Part shown: positions 1 through 8,785 of the stretch, piece by piece
Numbering within the stretch: the first letter of the stretch is position 1
Layout of the letters: each line of letters begins with the position of its first letter
Assembly: GCA_019414205.1 (NCBI GenBank)
Contig: DXML01000020.1
Coordinates: 50,180 to 114,179, forward strand
DNA: 64,000 nucleotides
From: Collinsella sp.
GTDB taxonomy: Bacteria; Actinomycetota; Coriobacteriia; Coriobacteriales; Coriobacteriaceae
Direction of reading: 5' to 3'
Program-made: the position numbers and the translations under genes
The notes under the pieces: model-generated
The model's input: only the letters and a program-made list of their open reading frames with translations
What the model was told of the DNA's origin: nothing
Database searches by the model: none

Positions 1-1153
1 AAGAGACCGCCGACGGCTCGAACGTCGAAAGCGGCGCCGCAAGCGCCTGCGCGATAGCATCTGCCAGTGCGCGCTCAAACAACGGAAGGTCGGCCGCCAC
101 GGGCGTGTCGACATCCGTCATACGCGGCGACGCCACCCACGTCACGGGAGCACCGGGAAGCATCGCCTCCATCCAGGGACGAACGCCGGGCAAATCGGTC
201 GCCACAACTTTGCAGCCGCACGCGAGGGCCTCGATCGTCACGAGCGGCAGACCCTCGTAAAACGAAGGCAGCACAAAGACGTCGGAACTGCGGTAGGCAC
301 GCACGAGCCCATCGCTATCCAGGCGCCCCGCCAGCGTCACCGGCACATCCGAGGCCGCGGTCAAGCGCTCGATACGCGCGTACTCGGCATCGTCCCCGCG
401 GCCGCCCACAAGTACCAAGCCAGATGGGCGGACGCCATCGTCAATCGGCAATGACACAGCTCGAACCAGCGACTCGACGCCCTTTTTAAAGCAAATCTTG
501 CCCACGTACACAAGCGATCCCGGCTGCCTCGCCACGCTTGCATCGCGGCAGAAGACGCGATGGTCGTAGCCCGTCCCAATCACGTGGATGCGATCGGCAT
601 CGACGCCGCACACCAGGTCAATCTGCTCAGCCTGCTCAGCATGGAGCGCAAAGACGGCATCGAGCCGACGAACCGCACTTACGATGCGATCGCGTTCGAG
701 CGTATGCGAACGCAGCTGGCGCAGGTCGGTCGAATGACACACGGCAACAACCGGCACGCCTCGGACGCACTCGCGCGCCAATGCGGTCACCAGATACAGG
801 TGATGGCAGAGCACCAGATCGGGCCGAAACTCAGCCACCGCTCGATCGATTGCAGCAGCAAATGCCCGCTCAAATGCCTTGAGCATCGAAGGCGTCAGAT
901 CACGATAGCGTGTGGAGGGATAGGGCATGACATCGGACATGCCACAGATGGGAAACGGCAGCTCGGGCGACTCGAACGGTACGGCAAACACGGCAGCACG
1001 CCGGTCCAGCTCGCCTTGGGTATCACCCGGTGCCGCGCCGCAAAGCACGGCGGCGCGATGCCCCGTCTCGATCTGCTCGCGTACGAGCGCGGCAAGGTAG
1101 GTGCCGCTGCCAGTGCTATCTGGTTTTTGTGCCGAGATATTGAGGATGCGCAT
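1..1153 (-). CDS. Glycosyltransferase family 4 (GT-B); N-terminus complete, C-terminus runs off the window
   Basis: Absent from the ORF track because it is open at the window edge. Manual translation from ATG 1153 (SD-like AGGGGTG upstream) gives MRILNISAQKPDSTGSGTYLAALVRE... In frame further on: ...AYRSSDVFVLPSFYEGLPLVTIEALACGCKVVATD, a GT4-type C-terminal motif. Confidence 0.75.
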   Translation of the reverse strand, partial: MRILNISAQKPDSTGSGTYLAALVREQIETGHRAAVLCGAAPGDTQGELDRRAAVFAVPFESPELPFPICGMSDVMPYPSTRYRDLTPSMLKAFERAFAAAIDRAVAEFRPDLVLCHHLYLVTALARECVRGVPVVAVCHSTDLRQLRSHTLERDRIVSAVRRLDAVFALHAEQAEQIDLVCGVDADRIHVIGTGYDHRVFCRDASVARQPGSLVYVGKICFKKGVESLVRAVSLPIDDGVRPSGLVLVGGRGDDAEYARIERLTAASDVPVTLAGRLDSDGLVRAYRSSDVFVLPSFYEGLPLVTIEALACGCKVVATDLPGVRPWMEAMLPGAPVTWVASPRMTDVDTPVAADLPLFERALADAIAQALAAPLSTFEPSAVS

Positions 1154-1167
1154 GTCGCGGTACACCC

Positions 1168-1932
1168 CTAGGCCAAGGCGGCGGCGCGGACAGCCGCGCC
1201 GATCGCTCCGGCAAAGCGAGCCTGGGGCGAGGTGGTCACCGGCGACCCCAGTAGCTCGCCCAACCGCTCCACCACGAAGGCGTTCTCGCACAGGCCACCG
1301 GTCAGGTAGTACGGGGCGCCCGCGGCCTGCCCGGCCATGGTCGCCACGCGCGAGACCACGCTGTCGATCACGCCACGCGCAATGTTCTCGCGCGGCTCAC
1401 CGCGACCGATCAGGCTGATGACCTCGCTTTCGGCAAACACCGTGCACATGCTGCTGATCTTGGTGGGCTCGCCGGAACGCGCCAGGTCGGCCATCTGCTG
1501 CTGGGAAATGCCTAGGCGGTCGGCCATGATCTCCAGAAAGCGCCCCGTGCCGGCGGCACACTTGTCGTTCATGGCAAACTTGGCCACGCGGCCACTTTTA
1601 AGCTGAATGACCTTGGTGTCCTGGCCGCCCACGTCAATCACCGTGCCGTGATCGCCAAACAGGCGCACAGCACCGGTGCCGTGGCAGGTGATCTCGGTCA
1701 CGACCTTGTGCGCATAGGGCACGGCGACACGGCCGTAGCCAGTCGCGATCACGCGCACGTCGTCGGCTGTCACGCCATAGCCGGCCGCTGCCAGTGCCTC
1801 GCGCAGCCGCTCGGAAGCATCGACCGAGGAGAACCCGGTTGGCTGCACGCACGTCCACGCCACCGAACCCTCCCTGTCGACCACAGCAGCCTTAGCCGCC
1901 GTAGACCCGATATCGATCCCGATCCCTATCAT
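1168..1932 (-). CDS. BcrA/BadF/HgdC-type ATPase activator of 2-hydroxyacyl-CoA dehydratase-like enzymes
   Basis: 254-aa ORF starting MIGIGIDIGSTAAKAAVV..., with DVGGQDTKVI and KCAAGTGRFLE motifs of the CoA-enzyme activase family. Directly downstream of two dehydratase-like subunits. Confidence 0.85.
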   Translation of the reverse strand: MIGIGIDIGSTAAKAAVVDREGSVAWTCVQPTGFSSVDASERLREALAAAGYGVTADDVRVIATGYGRVAVPYAHKVVTEITCHGTGAVRLFGDHGTVIDVGGQDTKVIQLKSGRVAKFAMNDKCAAGTGRFLEIMADRLGISQQQMADLARSGEPTKISSMCTVFAESEVISLIGRGEPRENIARGVIDSVVSRVATMAGQAAGAPYYLTGGLCENAFVVERLGELLGSPVTTSPQARFAGAIGAAVRAAALA

Positions 1933-1994
1933 GGCTCTCTCCTAATCCAAACATCAAAGACACCGGCGCGTTCAGGCGCCTTAGCTCTAGGTTT

Positions 1995-2086
1995 CTCAGG
2001 TGCCGGAGGTTGCCCCGAAAGAGGAGCGCGGCGTACTTTGGTACGCAAGCGACGGTTTGAGGGGCAAGATCCGGTGCCTGAGGAAG
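1995..2086. repeat. Intercistronic structured element, copy A (~92 nt rod-like hairpin)
   Basis: Starts right after the stop codon at 2087-2089. About 88% identical by eye to 3296-3387. Stems CAGGTGCCGGA/TCCGGTGCCTG, TTGCCCC/GGGGCAA and GCGTAC/GTACGC. Confidence 0.7.
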
Positions 2087-3250
2087 CTAGAGGGTTTCGA
2101 TGAAGGCGGCGATGCGGGTCTCGATCTGGCCCATGTCACCGTTGCTGTAGTCGGTCTCGATCTTCATATACGGAATACCCGCGCCCTCGACAGCCTCCTG
2201 CATGCGCGCACTCTCCACGTTAAAGGTGTGGCAGGCCTGTAGCACGCTCTCCACTACGCCATCGACGTGATACTTCTCGCACATGGCCAGCGTGTTTTCC
2301 ATACGACCATCGTTGGGCGTCATGACCGAGCAGTTGATATCCAGGTAGCGGTCGGCGATGACGCGAAGGATGTCGGGAGCCTCCGGGTCGATCATCATGG
2401 CCGCCGTGCGCTCGCCCGAGCAGTCGTCCATGCACACGACCACACCGCCGTTGGACTCGATGGTGCGACCGATCTTGTTGATCACGCCGCCCACCGGGCA
2501 GCCGGTGATCAGAATGCGCTTGGCATCCGCCGCGACCGGGCGCTCGCCCGCGTCGTAGGCCTCGCGCAGCTTGGCGACCTTTTGCTCCAGCTGCTGCGTA
2601 TAGGCCTCGATATCAAAGCTGAACGTACCGGCGAACATGGTGCTCATCAGGTCAACGCCGCTCATGGCAGCCGGCTGGTTGGCCTGCAGCGCAAACATCT
2701 CGAGCTGGGCCGCACGCAGACGGTTGCGACGACGGACGGCAGCGCGCAGGTCATCGTCGGTAATCGTGATGCCGTAGAAGCCCTCGAGCTCCTCCTTGAG
2801 CAGGCGGCACTCCTCGTACCAGCCTTTACGCTCGTAGGCGCGATCGCGACCCTGCGGAAGATGCAGAATGTGCGTGCGCTTGAGCTCGTTGAGCAGTTCG
2901 TACATCTTCTTCTTGCCGTCGCAGGTGGTCTCGCCGATGATCATGTCGCTAAAGTACGTAAACGGGCACTTTTGCGAGTAGGCAAAGCCGTACGTCGATT
3001 TGATGAGCGGACACAGATTTGCCGGCAGCACCTTCTCGGCCTCGGGAATCACCTCGTCGGATGTGCCGCACAAGGCCACACTTGCAGCGCCCGCGGCATC
3101 GATAATCTCGAGCGGCGTATAGCTGCACAAATAGCCGACCAGGCGATTGCCGGCCTGTTTGTAATCCTTGACGCGAATAAACGCCGCCTTGCGTTGCTCG
3201 TTGAACTCCTCAAACGTGGACGGCAACGGCTGCTCAATATTTTCCGACAT
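2087..3250 (-). CDS. 2-hydroxyacyl-CoA dehydratase / BcrC-BadD-HgdB superfamily subunit (paralogue 2)
   Basis: ORF 2087..3349 trimmed to ATG 3250 ([10 protein letters not shown]..., SD AAGGAG 7 nt upstream). Motifs [46 protein letters not shown]. Confidence 0.85.
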   Translation of the reverse strand: MSENIEQPLPSTFEEFNEQRKAAFIRVKDYKQAGNRLVGYLCSYTPLEIIDAAGAASVALCGTSDEVIPEAEKVLPANLCPLIKSTYGFAYSQKCPFTYFSDMIIGETTCDGKKKMYELLNELKRTHILHLPQGRDRAYERKGWYEECRLLKEELEGFYGITITDDDLRAAVRRRNRLRAAQLEMFALQANQPAAMSGVDLMSTMFAGTFSFDIEAYTQQLEQKVAKLREAYDAGERPVAADAKRILITGCPVGGVINKIGRTIESNGGVVVCMDDCSGERTAAMMIDPEAPDILRVIADRYLDINCSVMTPNDGRMENTLAMCEKYHVDGVVESVLQACHTFNVESARMQEAVEGAGIPYMKIETDYSNGDMGQIETRIAAFIETL

Positions 3251-3295
3251 ATAACTCCTTAACAAACCTTTTAAACAACCAAGGAAACGGCTTTT

Positions 3296-3387
3296 CCAGG
3301 TGCCCGAGGTTGCCGTGAAAGAGGAGCGCCGCGTACTTCTGGTACGCAAGCGACGGTTTGAACAGCAAGATCGGGTGCCTGGGGAAG
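3296..3387. repeat. Intercistronic structured element, copy B
   Basis: Lies 19 nt after the stop at 3406-3408. Same architecture as copy A, with compensatory substitutions in the stems. Confidence 0.7.
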
Positions 3388-3405
3388 CCGCCGGGACGAA
3401 TAGTC

Positions 3406-4689
3406 CTAAATGGTTTCCAAGAAAGCCTCAATCCTGGTTTGCAGTTGGTCTGCATCCTCGCCGACGTAGTCGGTCGTGATGTGCATAAATGGAATGCCGG
3501 CCTCCTCGGCGGCCTTCTCCACGGCAAACGACTCCATCTCGTAGAGCGTGCAGAACTGCAGGGCCACGTCGACAATGCCGTCGGCATGCAGGTTCTTGGC
3601 CATCTGGACAATGTCCTTCATACGCTGGTCGTTGGGCGTAAAGACGGCACAGTTGATCTTAAAGTAGCGCTCGGCGATGGCATCGAGCATCTCGTCAACC
3701 GTCTCACCGGACTCGTCGACCAGGTCCTTGTAATAGCGCGAACCCGTGCAGGACTCCTCGCCTACCACAACGCCGCCGGCCTTCTCGATGAGGTTGAACA
3801 GCTTCCAGTTGGGCACGGCCATGGGCGTGCCGGTGTACAGGATGCGCTTGGTCCCCTTGGGCGCCACGCCCTCGCCGGCCTCGACACGCTGCTCGCACTC
3901 AGCCGCCATATCGTTGATGGCTCCAGTCAGACGCGGCGTGTCGTCCATAAAGGCGGCCTGAACGGTCAGCAGGCTGTCGAGACCGCTAATGGGCGCTGGG
4001 TCGGCAGCGCGCGTGGCAGCGAGGCGCTGCAGGGCGCGACGCTTCTCATTGACGGCGCGGATGGCGGCCTTCAGACGCTCACGCGTAATCGTGACGCCAC
4101 ACTCGTCCTCAATCTTGGCGGCGAGCTTTTTAACCTCGGCCTTCCAGGTCACAAGCGTCGACTCGTCGTGTACGTTGGGAATATCCATGACGTACATGTT
4201 CTTTTGCGTGGCAAAAAACTCGTAGGCCTTCTTCTTGCCATCGCAGGTGTTCTCGCCTACCACCAAGTCGCTCGACTCAATGTAGGGGCAGACCTCACCC
4301 AGCTTAAAGCCGGCAAAGCTCTTGATAAGCGGACAAGTGTTGCGCGGCAAGTGCTCCTCGACCTTGTCGGTCGCCCAATCGGCACCCGAGCACAGACCAA
4401 CGGGAATGCCGTCGCAGGCGAGCACAATCTCCTCGGGCACGTAGACGCAGAAGCTGCCCACGATCTTGGTGGCCTCGCCGGCCTCCTTCTTGTCGAGCAT
4501 CTCCTTAATACGGCCGCTGTGGATGTTGGTGGCGACAAAATCCAGGTAGGACGTGGACTTGGGGCGATTGTTCTGCGTCAGGAACATATCGCCGTACATC
4601 TGGCCCACGGTGCCCAGCAGCATGTCGTGGTCGGCAAGATTCATGCCGAGGCTCTCCCACATCGGATGGAAATCAATTTCTTCAGCCAT
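3406..4689 (-). CDS. 2-hydroxyacyl-CoA dehydratase / BcrC-BadD-HgdB superfamily subunit (paralogue 1)
   Basis: 427-aa ORF with SD GAGAGGGGAA upstream. Motifs [45 protein letters not shown]. Confidence 0.85.
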   Translation of the reverse strand: MAEEIDFHPMWESLGMNLADHDMLLGTVGQMYGDMFLTQNNRPKSTSYLDFVATNIHSGRIKEMLDKKEAGEATKIVGSFCVYVPEEIVLACDGIPVGLCSGADWATDKVEEHLPRNTCPLIKSFAGFKLGEVCPYIESSDLVVGENTCDGKKKAYEFFATQKNMYVMDIPNVHDESTLVTWKAEVKKLAAKIEDECGVTITRERLKAAIRAVNEKRRALQRLAATRAADPAPISGLDSLLTVQAAFMDDTPRLTGAINDMAAECEQRVEAGEGVAPKGTKRILYTGTPMAVPNWKLFNLIEKAGGVVVGEESCTGSRYYKDLVDESGETVDEMLDAIAERYFKINCAVFTPNDQRMKDIVQMAKNLHADGIVDVALQFCTLYEMESFAVEKAAEEAGIPFMHITTDYVGEDADQLQTRIEAFLETI

Positions 4690-5120
4690 AACGGTTCCCC
4701 TCTCGAACCAAAAACGGATAACAGCGGTATCGATGCACGACGGACGGCGATTGCCCGACCGTGCTCAAACCCGGAATTTTAGGGAACCTGCTTTGCGGTC
4801 GATTATTTAGTTGTGCGTCGTCTCTCCCGGAGCCGTGAACATACCTGCTCATATGCGGCTCCGAGCCATATATAGGGCACGCGCGGTAACGCGGCGAATG
4901 TATGTCGTCTGCGGCATGTGCGCACCTTCCTTTACAAGTTGAGGTCAACTATACCAACGGTCATCGACCATGCGAACACCGTTGACATTCGTACGACAGC
5001 GTCGTGTGCCGTCGTTTAATAAATAATTATCTTGATTGATAAGAGTTTGTCATTCCTCATTCGGCGAACGGCAAAAACAAAGCCGCCGAGGCTTATATTC
5101 CCCGACGGCATTACCCGGCG

Positions 5121-6191
5121 CTATCGACAAACCAAATGGATCCTGCTGGCATCAAAATGCATGCGCAGCGTCTCGCCTGCTTGCGGCAGCTCGTCGACAG
5201 GCATGCGCACTTTGTTGACCTTCCACTGCAGGCGCGTCGGCGCGTCGGCGCGCGGCACGTCCAGCAGCACCAGGCGCTCAAAACGTGAATCGCTCACGCG
5301 GGCCACATGCAGGTCGTAGCTGTTGCGACCCCGCTCAGCACGGTTGTCCACATGGAAGTAGCTCGCACGAATACCCAGGTACGCCACGTTATCGGGAACC
5401 TCACGGCCCACGTTGAAGGTCATGCCCCAGTCGAGGGCCTCAACTTCTTCGTCGCCGATCTTGCGCGCGCGGCTCGTATTCTTGCAGCCCGTCAAGCGCA
5501 GCGCGGCCAACGTCTGCGGATGACGGACCACGTCCTCGACGGAGCCGATCTCCTCAACATGCCCGTTGTGCATCACGCAGATGCGCTCGCACAGACGGCA
5601 CGCTTCGTCGATGTCGTGGCTCACGTAGAGCACGGTTCGGTTGCATACATCGAACAGATCGAGCATGTTTTGCTCAAGCGCGCTCTTGAGATACGCGTCG
5701 AGCGCGCTCATGGGCTCATCGAACATAAAGATGCCCGGATGCGCCGCCACCATGCGCGCAAGCGCCACGCGTTGCTGCTGACCGCCCGAGAGGCGCACGG
5801 GGTAGCGGTCGACAAAATCGGCCAGACCGAAAATGCCCAGATAACGCTCGGCGAGCTTTTTGCGCGCGGCGGCGTCACCCGCATCCTTAACACCGGCGCA
5901 TACGTTATCGGCCACCGTCATGTTGGGAAACAGCTGATAGTTTTGGAACAGCAGGGCGCATTTTCGCTCCTGGGGCGACAGGTTGATACCCGCCGCCGAG
6001 TCAAAAAAGGTCACGCCGTTGACGACGATCTTGCCCTCGTCGGGTGTCTCCACGCCGGCAATGCAGCGCAACGTACAGCTCTTGCCGCAACCCGAGGCGC
6101 CCAGCAGCGCCACACGCTCCTCGCCGGCATCGAGCTGAATGTCGAGGGTAAAGCCCGGATAGCGCTTTTTGATATCCAGAACGAGCGACAT
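5121..6191 (-). CDS. modC: Molybdate ABC transporter ATP-binding protein with C-terminal TOBE/Mop-like domain
   Basis: Walker A GASGCGKS, signature [13 protein letters not shown], Walker B FMFDEP. Sits in a modA-modB-modC arrangement. Confidence 0.85.
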   Translation of the reverse strand: MSLVLDIKKRYPGFTLDIQLDAGEERVALLGASGCGKSCTLRCIAGVETPDEGKIVVNGVTFFDSAAGINLSPQERKCALLFQNYQLFPNMTVADNVCAGVKDAGDAAARKKLAERYLGIFGLADFVDRYPVRLSGGQQQRVALARMVAAHPGIFMFDEPMSALDAYLKSALEQNMLDLFDVCNRTVLYVSHDIDEACRLCERICVMHNGHVEEIGSVEDVVRHPQTLAALRLTGCKNTSRARKIGDEEVEALDWGMTFNVGREVPDNVAYLGIRASYFHVDNRAERGRNSYDLHVARVSDSRFERLVLLDVPRADAPTRLQWKVNKVRMPVDELPQAGETLRMHFDASRIHLVCR

Positions 6192-6194
6192 GGC

Positions 6195-7637
6195 TTATCG
6201 ACCTCCCTTTGCGACCGCGCCATCGCGCATAAGCTCGGCCAGCGCCTCGCGATCGATACGCAAGGCATCACCGCCCACCGGGTCGAGCGAATCGCCCTGT
6301 CCGGCGAGATCTTTGGCCTGCTTGCGCTCCGCACGGGAAAGGCCCCGCTCGCGATACTTTTGCGAATGAGCGGTGTACATATTGATGAACAGAATGACCA
6401 GGAAACTGAACACGATTACGACGATGACCCAAAAGAGGGCTACCGACGTGTTGCCGCCCATCCACTCAAAGTAGATGGCTATGGGAATGGTCTGCGTAAT
6501 ACCGGCGTAGTTGCCCGCAAAGAACAGGGTGCAGCCAAACTCGCCCATCGCGCGAGCGAAGGCGAGCACCGTGCCCGCCGCGATTGAGGGCCAGCCGAGC
6601 GGCATCATGAGCTTGGCAAAGATGCGACGTTCGGACCACCCCAAGGTTCGCGCGGCGTCGAGCATCTGCGTGTCGAGGCTCTCGAAGGCTCCGAGCGCCG
6701 TGCGGTAGACCAGCGGAAACGACACAACGACAGCCGAAATGACCGCCGCGGGCCAGGTAAAGACGATCGAGATGCCGTGCGCGATGAGCCATTGGCCCAG
6801 CCCGGTCGAGCGGCCAAACAGCATGAGGAGCAGAAAGCCGCAGACCGTGGGCGGCAGCACCATAGGGATCGTAAAGACCGAATCGAGCAGGCCCTTGATG
6901 CGACTCGAGGTACCCATAGTCTTCCACGCGGCGAACAGGCCCAGTGCAAAGGCAATCACCAGGGCAAGGCCGCTCGTTTTGATAGACACCCAAAACGGGC
7001 GATAGTCGATGCCGCCTAAAAAGGAGGCCAGAGAGGTCAAGGGCCCCTGCTCATCCCGCAACACGACAGACGATGCCTCTACCATTTGAGCGCTATCAAG
7101 CCAACGCGCGCCGCCCTTGGCATCACCCGAGGCCGATGCAATCACCACATAGCGGTCCCCATCCGCACCGCGCTCGTCAAAGCCATAGGTATAACCGCCG
7201 GCATCAAACGTTGTTTCCGCCGTGACATACCAAGGAAGATCAACGTCCCCTAACTGCGCACCTCCCATGGAGTTTGCGCTGTCGAGCTCGCAGACGAGGG
7301 CCTTGAGACCCGATACGCACTCGTTGTCCTGCGGATCCAATCCAAACTTCTCGACCGCCTTGGGCGATATCCACACCACAACGCGATCGGCAGCAGGCAC
7401 CACTACAAGGTCCACGTCCTCGTCAACGGGAAACCGGTAGCCCTCAGGCTGGCCCTCCATGGCACGAGCGGTCCCCTTGGCCAACCGCTCAAAACCCTCG
7501 ATCCCATAGGAAAGCCCATGAGCGGTCGCAGCAACCTGGGCCCCGTCCTCAGCGTCCCCAGCAAACGCAAATCCCGGCACCCAGCAAAGCGCGAAGGTCA
7601 AAGCACAGGCGACAAGCATGCGGAATCTATTAAGCAC
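6195..7637 (-). CDS. modB: Molybdate ABC permease fused to an N-terminal signal peptide plus ~200-aa extracytoplasmic domain
   Basis: C-terminal ~250 aa are typical ModB/CysTW permease (ARTLGWSERRIFAKLMMP EAA loop). Start set to GTG 7637 (SD GGAG 6 nt upstream); the track starts at TTG 7649. Confidence 0.8.
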   Translation of the reverse strand: MLNRFRMLVACALTFALCWVPGFAFAGDAEDGAQVAATAHGLSYGIEGFERLAKGTARAMEGQPEGYRFPVDEDVDLVVVPAADRVVVWISPKAVEKFGLDPQDNECVSGLKALVCELDSANSMGGAQLGDVDLPWYVTAETTFDAGGYTYGFDERGADGDRYVVIASASGDAKGGARWLDSAQMVEASSVVLRDEQGPLTSLASFLGGIDYRPFWVSIKTSGLALVIAFALGLFAAWKTMGTSSRIKGLLDSVFTIPMVLPPTVCGFLLLMLFGRSTGLGQWLIAHGISIVFTWPAAVISAVVVSFPLVYRTALGAFESLDTQMLDAARTLGWSERRIFAKLMMPLGWPSIAAGTVLAFARAMGEFGCTLFFAGNYAGITQTIPIAIYFEWMGGNTSVALFWVIVVIVFSFLVILFINMYTAHSQKYRERGLSRAERKQAKDLAGQGDSLDPVGGDALRIDREALAELMRDGAVAKGGR

Positions 7638-7705
7638 AAAAAGCTCCAAGAGAATACAAGGACGGAGTTAAACACAAAACGATGGAATTATCGCGCCAAG
7701 CCGCA

Positions 7706-8587
7706 CTACGCGGAAAGCTCAAAGCCGTATTTGGCCCAAATCTTCTGGGCCTTCTTGTTGGACAGGCAAAAGTCGATAAACGCCTTGGCCTCGTCGGCAT
7801 GTTCGGAGCCATCGGCGACAGCGCCCGGATACACGATGGGCTTATGCGAGTCCTCGGGACACACAAAGGCCTCCTCGATGCCGTCGTAGCGGTAGATGTC
7901 GGAGCTGTAGACAAAGCCAGCCACGCAGTCGCCCGTAGAGACGTAAGACGCAGCCGTGCCGACCTTGTCGGCCAGGGCCACTTTGTCGGCGATCTCGGGT
8001 GCGTACCCGCCGTCGTCACCCTCGGTACCGGTGTAGAGGCCCACAGAAGCCAGCGCCTGGTTGGCGTACTTGCCGGCAGGAACGGTCTTGGCGTCGCCGA
8101 TGGCGATCTTGCCGTCCAGATTCGCGACGTCGGCGATGGCCTCGACCTTGGTGTCGGAGCCCTCGGCGCGAATGATCACGAGGTCGTTGACGAACATGTC
8201 CTCACGAGTGTCGGTGTCGACGAGCTCGGCGGCCTCGGCGTCGTCCATGGTGCCCTTGGAGGCCGTGATGAGCACGTCGACGGCGGCACCGGCGCGCATC
8301 TGCTCAACGAGGTCGCCGGAGGCCTTAAACTGCGAGTCGGCAAACGTGGTACCGGTCTGCTCGGTGTAAAGCTCCTGAACCTCGGGCAGAGCCTTCTCGA
8401 GCGAGTTGGCGGCAAAGACCTGCAGCTCGACGGTTTCCTTCTTGGAAGAGGCCTTGGCGGAGCCGGCATCGGAGCCGGTCGCCTCAGGCTCCTTGTTGCC
8501 GGAGCAGCCGGCAAGCCCAAGGCCGGCAGCGGCGACAGCAGAAAGCGAGACGAATCCGCGGCGAGAAACCATATCGAACATGTTCAA
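7706..8587 (-). CDS. modA: Molybdate-binding lipoprotein
   Basis: Lipobox LGLAGCSG, then a ModA-like VFAANSL...TVPAGKYA...VYSSD pattern. Confidence 0.85.
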   Translation of the reverse strand: MNMFDMVSRRGFVSLSAVAAAGLGLAGCSGNKEPEATGSDAGSAKASSKKETVELQVFAANSLEKALPEVQELYTEQTGTTFADSQFKASGDLVEQMRAGAAVDVLITASKGTMDDAEAAELVDTDTREDMFVNDLVIIRAEGSDTKVEAIADVANLDGKIAIGDAKTVPAGKYANQALASVGLYTGTEGDDGGYAPEIADKVALADKVGTAASYVSTGDCVAGFVYSSDIYRYDGIEEAFVCPEDSHKPIVYPGAVADGSEHADEAKAFIDFCLSNKKAQKIWAKYGFELSA

Positions 8588-8738
8588 CCCTTTCGGACCT
8601 TGTGCCCGGGTACCCCACCGCGAGCTTTATTCTGTAATTAGATTATACTTTCGTGCGAATAATATCAGTGATAAAGATTTCTCGCCTGATAATTTTCTTT
8701 TACCAATAACCACGAGACGGCCCGCGCTGTCGATGCAT

Positions 8739-8772
8739 AAAAAGGCGGAGCGACTCGCAAGGTCGCTCCGCC
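8739..8772 (-). terminator. Rho-independent terminator after moaB
   Basis: Minus strand GGCGGAGCGAC-cttgcga-GTCGCTCCGCC followed by TTTTTA. Confidence 0.75.
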
Positions 8773-8785
8773 GCAGGTAGTGCGC

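Noticed and set aside
1995-2086. Self-cleaving ribozyme (hammerhead) or group II intron domain V as the identity of the intercistronic element
   Set aside because: GAAA and CUGAGGA-like strings occur but in the wrong order and context for a hammerhead core. The apical hairpin has a 6-bp upper stem, a UUUG loop and only a 3-bp lower stem, unlike domain V.
3358-4782. 474-aa plus-strand ORF. Similar long ORFs occur at 5307-6587, 19227-20531, 26549-27853, 30574-32403, 35709-36845 (minus), 44152-44883, 52197-53657, 55927-57042, 60237-61988 and 62004-63902.
   Set aside because: All lie antisense to genes with clear family signatures. Their translations are Arg/Gly/Ala/His/Leu-rich, with Val/Asp runs in several, and motif-free. 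They are the shadow ORFs typical of high-GC DNA.
5075-5100. Terminator after modC
   Set aside because: It has only a 5-bp stem (AAGCC/GGCTT) before TGTTTTT, too weak to annotate with confidence. It is mentioned as a possibility only.
8588-8738. Moco riboswitch or ModE operator upstream of modA
   Set aside because: The probable leader after the TATAAT box (8642-8647, minus strand) is only ~60 nt, too short for the ~110-140-nt Moco aptamer. An 11-bp palindrome TATCACTGATA is present but does not match the ModE consensus I know.
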